The translations under genes and the position numbers were made by a program. Shown here one piece after another: positions 60,877 through 64,000 of a DNA stretch of 64,000 bases. Source of the stretch: Patescibacteria group bacterium (GTDB taxonomy: Bacteria > Patescibacteriota > Microgenomatia > UBA8517); contig JBBTZT010000003.1 in the NCBI GenBank assembly GCA_038061225.1, positions 184,515-248,514 on the forward strand, read 5' to 3'. Numbering within the stretch: position 1 is the first letter of the stretch; every line of letters starts with the position of its first letter. Below the pieces are notes generated by a model, which made no database searches, was not told where the DNA came from, and saw only the letters and a list, made by a program, of their open reading frames with translations.

Positions 60877-60916
60877 TTATTTAATTTATTTTCATTATCT
60901 ACTCCACAAAAGACAG

Positions 60917-61123
60917 TCAAGGTTTGAATAGTTTGATTTCTAATTCTTCTGCTATTTCTTTTAATTTAGTTAAGTTATGTCTTGATGATTCGTCAAGCTT
61001 TCCTACTAAATTGTCAAACTGCTTAAATTGTTCTTGGTTAGTAAACACAAAACCCAGTTTCCAGCCTTGTGGTCCATCTGGCTCTGTGATTATAGGCTTG
61101 ATTAAATTTTCTGCAACCGTCAT
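60917..61123 (-). CDS. Small hypothetical protein (68 aa)
   Basis: Strong SD GGAGGTGA before ATG 61123; TTGTAA-16-TATACT upstream. Confidence 0.6.
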   Translation of the reverse strand: MTVAENLIKPIITEPDGPQGWKLGFVFTNQEQFKQFDNLVGKLDESSRHNLTKLKEIAEELEIKLFKP

Positions 61124-61216
61124 GTAAATCACCTCCACCTTGTTTAAAACTGGCTTTAGTATATTACTTTTTACGATATTTACAACATAACTCGCAAAAA
61201 GTATTATAATAATAGT

Positions 61217-62398
61217 ATGACTAAGATTAAAATTGGAGTTTTATTTGGAGGAAGATCACCTGAGCATGAAATTTCAATAATTACGGGTATTCAGGTAATG
61301 GAAGTTCTTAATAAAGAAAAGTACGAAGTTATTCCAATTTATATTTCCAAAGAGGGTAGATGGATACAAGGAGATGAATCTTTTTTAAAGCCTTCGACTT
61401 TTGTAAATTTGGATACAGTTAAAAGTCAAAAGAAATCCTTAGTAATGTCTTCTGACCCTAACATAAAAGGTTTAATTTCTGAAAGTAGTGGGTTATCGCT
61501 TTCAAAATCTTTTTCTGCCCAAAATTTAGATGTAGTTTTCCCAGTATTTCATGGTAGATATGGTGAAGATGGATCAATTCAGGGATTGTTTGAAATATCT
61601 GGAATACCGTACGTTGGTTGTGATGTAGAAACGTCTGCAATCGGCATGGATAAAACGGTGAGTAAAAGAATAGCAAAAGCAATTGGAGTTCCAGTTCTGG
61701 AGGATATCTGGGTACTTTCTAGTCAATGGAAAAATGATAGGAAAAAAATATTATCTGAAATAAAAAATAAATTAAAATTTCCAGTATTTATTAAACCGTC
61801 ACGATTGGGATCTTCAATTGGGTTAAGCAAGGCCCATGATTTGAAAGAGATAGAGGAATCTTTAGACGTTGCTTTCTTTTATGATACAAAAGTTATGGTT
61901 GAAGAATCCATGGAAGACGCTCACGAAATTAATATTTCTATTTTAGGTAATAATCCATACGAAGTTTCAGCTTGCGAAATGCCTGTTTCATCAGGGGAAG
62001 TATTATCTTTTGAAGACAAATATACTTCCCAAAAAGGTCCATCGAAGGGGATGGCTTCCGCCAAAAGAATTATTCCAGCGCCTATTAAAGAAGTTACACG
62101 AAGAAAAATTGAAGAATATGCAAAAATGTTTTTTGCTGAAATTGGAGGACAAGGTATGGCTCGTATAGATTTCCTACTAAGTAAAGATGAGAGTCAAATA
62201 TATTTGAATGAAATAAATACGCTTCCCGGATCTGTAGCATTTTATTTGTGGAAGGAAGTAGGAGTTACTTTTGATGTGCTTGTAGATAAATTAGTAACTT
62301 TTGCACTGGAAAGAAGTGAAGAAAAAAATAACTTGGTAACAACTTTTAGTAGTAATATATTGTCAGGATTTAAAGGATTAAAAGGGATAAAGGGTTAG
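61217..62398 (+). CDS. ddl: D-alanine--D-alanine ligase
   Basis: GGRSPEHEIS, HG.YGEDG, KP...GSS.G, EDKY, RIDF, NEINTLPG. Confidence 0.95.
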   Translation: MTKIKIGVLFGGRSPEHEISIITGIQVMEVLNKEKYEVIPIYISKEGRWIQGDESFLKPSTFVNLDTVKSQKKSLVMSSDPNIKGLISESSGLSLSKSFSAQNLDVVFPVFHGRYGEDGSIQGLFEISGIPYVGCDVETSAIGMDKTVSKRIAKAIGVPVLEDIWVLSSQWKNDRKKILSEIKNKLKFPVFIKPSRLGSSIGLSKAHDLKEIEESLDVAFFYDTKVMVEESMEDAHEINISILGNNPYEVSACEMPVSSGEVLSFEDKYTSQKGPSKGMASAKRIIPAPIKEVTRRKIEEYAKMFFAEIGGQGMARIDFLLSKDESQIYLNEINTLPGSVAFYLWKEVGVTFDVLVDKLVTFALERSEEKNNLVTTFSSNILSGFKGLKGIKG

Positions 62399-63750
62399 TT
62401 GTAGTTTTGGGTTACGTCGTTTTCTAAAAATATCCAATCAAATTCGGATTTTAGTCTTTCTATAGTTTCAAAATAATCTTTTCTCGAGTCCTTTATAAAT
62501 ATTGGCTTTGATCTAAAATCCTTACTAAATGCTATTGTTCTTGAGTTTTTACCTACTAATATTATTTTGTCAAAAACTATATCTGCCTTGATACCAACCT
62601 TATTATTTATAGACTCTTCATTTTTTCCAAGTTCGACTAGCCCGGGAGTAATAAGTAATTTTTTACCCTCAGTTTCTTCTGCAGTTTTAATCGTTTCATA
62701 GAATGATTGTTCGTTACTACTAAATGTATTATCAACCACCATTGAATTGCCGTTTTCTTTTAAAACAAATCTGCTTTGAACTGGTGCAAGGTTTTCAATT
62801 TTATTAATTAGATAATCTATATCGATACCAAGTTTTAACGCCATAGTGAGTGCCCCCATTATGTTATCTATGTTTGAATAACCAAAAAGCTTTGTCGATA
62901 CTTTATATTTTTTGTTTTTAAAAGTTATTTCAAATTCACTACCTGATTTCGAAAAAACTATGTTTTTTGCATTAACATACTCTGAAAAGTCATTAATATT
63001 TCTACTTTTAATTTCTTCCGAAATTTCTATACTGTTTGTATTAAATATAATGTTTTGTTTGTTATCTATCGCATCGTACAGCTCAAACTTTGTTTTTACA
63101 ATGTTTTGTAATGATCCAAAACGTTCTAAATGTTGAGTAGTTATGCCAGTTAAAATCCCATGTGTCGGATTTATAATCTTACAAAGATTTTTGATATCAC
63201 CTTTTTTGTATGCTGACATCTCACATATAAATACTTCGTAGCTTGAATCAAGCTCGAAATCTAATGTCTTTTTAATTCCTGAAATAGTATTGTAACTTTC
63301 AGGTGTTCTTAGGGTTTTGTATTTACTTTTAATTAACTGATAAAGTATTTCTTTGGTTGAAGTTTTACCATAGCTACCTGTAATGCCTACGATTTTTAAA
63401 TTCTTATTGCTCAATAATTTATTTTTAATAAAAGTTATTTCATAAATTCTAAATAATATATCAAGTGGTTTTAAAATAAGGGTAGCTAATATTATTATGA
63501 CAAATGATCCTAAATACATTATAGTAAATGCACTTACGATTAATAAAAAGTTATGAGTTGAGTTAAAAGTTTTAAATACAATTAACATTTCAATCAGTAT
63601 CGATACAAAAATAATTAGTTTTATTTTTATTGTGTATACTAGTTTTACTTTATTTTCGTTTTGAGTTGAAAATAAGTTTCTAATAAGCCATTTTATAAAA
63701 CGAAGTAAATCATATCCTTCAAGTTGTAATATTGTTAAGTATCTTTTCAT
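62395..63750 (-). CDS. murF: UDP-MurNAc-tripeptide--D-Ala-D-Ala ligase with N-terminal membrane segments
   Basis: GITGSYGKTSTK, 'SYNT..G', EM.A, 'HLERF', 'TPGLVELG', 'LEND'; start 63750 by ATGA overlap. Confidence 0.85.
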   Translation of the reverse strand: MKRYLTILQLEGYDLLRFIKWLIRNLFSTQNENKVKLVYTIKIKLIIFVSILIEMLIVFKTFNSTHNFLLIVSAFTIMYLGSFVIIILATLILKPLDILFRIYEITFIKNKLLSNKNLKIVGITGSYGKTSTKEILYQLIKSKYKTLRTPESYNTISGIKKTLDFELDSSYEVFICEMSAYKKGDIKNLCKIINPTHGILTGITTQHLERFGSLQNIVKTKFELYDAIDNKQNIIFNTNSIEISEEIKSRNINDFSEYVNAKNIVFSKSGSEFEITFKNKKYKVSTKLFGYSNIDNIMGALTMALKLGIDIDYLINKIENLAPVQSRFVLKENGNSMVVDNTFSSNEQSFYETIKTAEETEGKKLLITPGLVELGKNEESINNKVGIKADIVFDKIILVGKNSRTIAFSKDFRSKPIFIKDSRKDYFETIERLKSEFDWIFLENDVTQNYN

Positions 63751-64000
63751 ATATATTCTAATAATAAATCTGAAAGTTTTTCTGGAGTTTCTATATTTGG
63801 AGAGTGTCCAACTTTCCAAATTATTCTTAAAACTGAATTTGAAATTAAATCTTTAAGAACTTTAGAATTTCTTATATTTATTTCCTTATCGTTTTCACCC
63901 CAGATAATTAATGTTGGTATATTAATTTTAATCGCGTCGTTTTCGACTCGCTCGTCAACAATTTTTTTAAATGTTTCTCTCAAAGCGCTGGCATGATAAT
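63747..64000 (-). CDS. Alpha/beta hydrolase, C-terminal part (truncated by window edge)
   Basis: 'PTLIIWGEND', 'GH.P..E.PE'. Confidence 0.75.
   Translation of the reverse strand, partial: YHASALRETFKKIVDERVENDAIKINIPTLIIWGENDKEINIRNSKVLKDLISNSVLRIIWKVGHSPNIETPEKLSDLLLEYI

Noticed and set aside
60877-60916. Intrinsic terminator between convergent murI and the small ORF
   Set aside because: No GC stem followed by a U-tract is visible.
61990-62025. Ddl as a D-Ala-D-Lac (vancomycin-resistance type) ligase
   Set aside because: The omega loop retains Tyr (EDKY) and no van genes are present.
1431-63136. Numerous 60-140 aa ORFs antisense to or nested in long genes (e.g. 1431-1724, 24747-25109, 36574-36987, 45844-46212, 55219-55572)
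   Set aside because: Shadow ORFs of well-supported genes with no recognisable motifs.
63751-63819. Extended N-terminus of MurF from 63819
   Set aside because: It lies inside the hydrolase gene; the ATGA overlap at 63747-50 gives the more likely start.
1-64000. CRISPR array, tRNA or rRNA genes
   Set aside because: No regularly spaced repeat-spacer array or cloverleaf seen; intergenic gaps are short and mostly accounted for.

Overview
This is an AT-rich, densely coding bacterial window using the standard code (TGA is a stop). Gene style suggests Patescibacteria/CPR, probably Microgenomates; that is inference. Bases 1-41.9 kb hold a very large surface-glycan locus: many GT2/GT4 glycosyltransferases, about six GT-C-like membrane proteins, an AsnB-type amidotransferase, methyltransferases, epimerases, a flippase, an O-antigen ligase-like protein, ManC, an initiating sugar-phosphate transferase and DUF4012. 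Next come recO, glyQS and a REP-associated tyrosine transposase flanked by 27-bp direct repeats. The rest is a rearranged cell-wall cluster: mraZ, rsmH, ftsL, ftsI, murA, a murE-glmU(N-terminal) fusion, yvcK/glmR, a minus-strand nagB-glmS unit, a murC-murB fusion, murD, murI, ddl and murF. Two signals stand out. One is a compact variant glmS ribozyme lying between nagB and glmS, which encode opposing enzymes. The other is a set of short in-frame palindromes and heptamer repeats embedded in many protein-coding genes. All calls come from reading motifs by eye; no searches were run.
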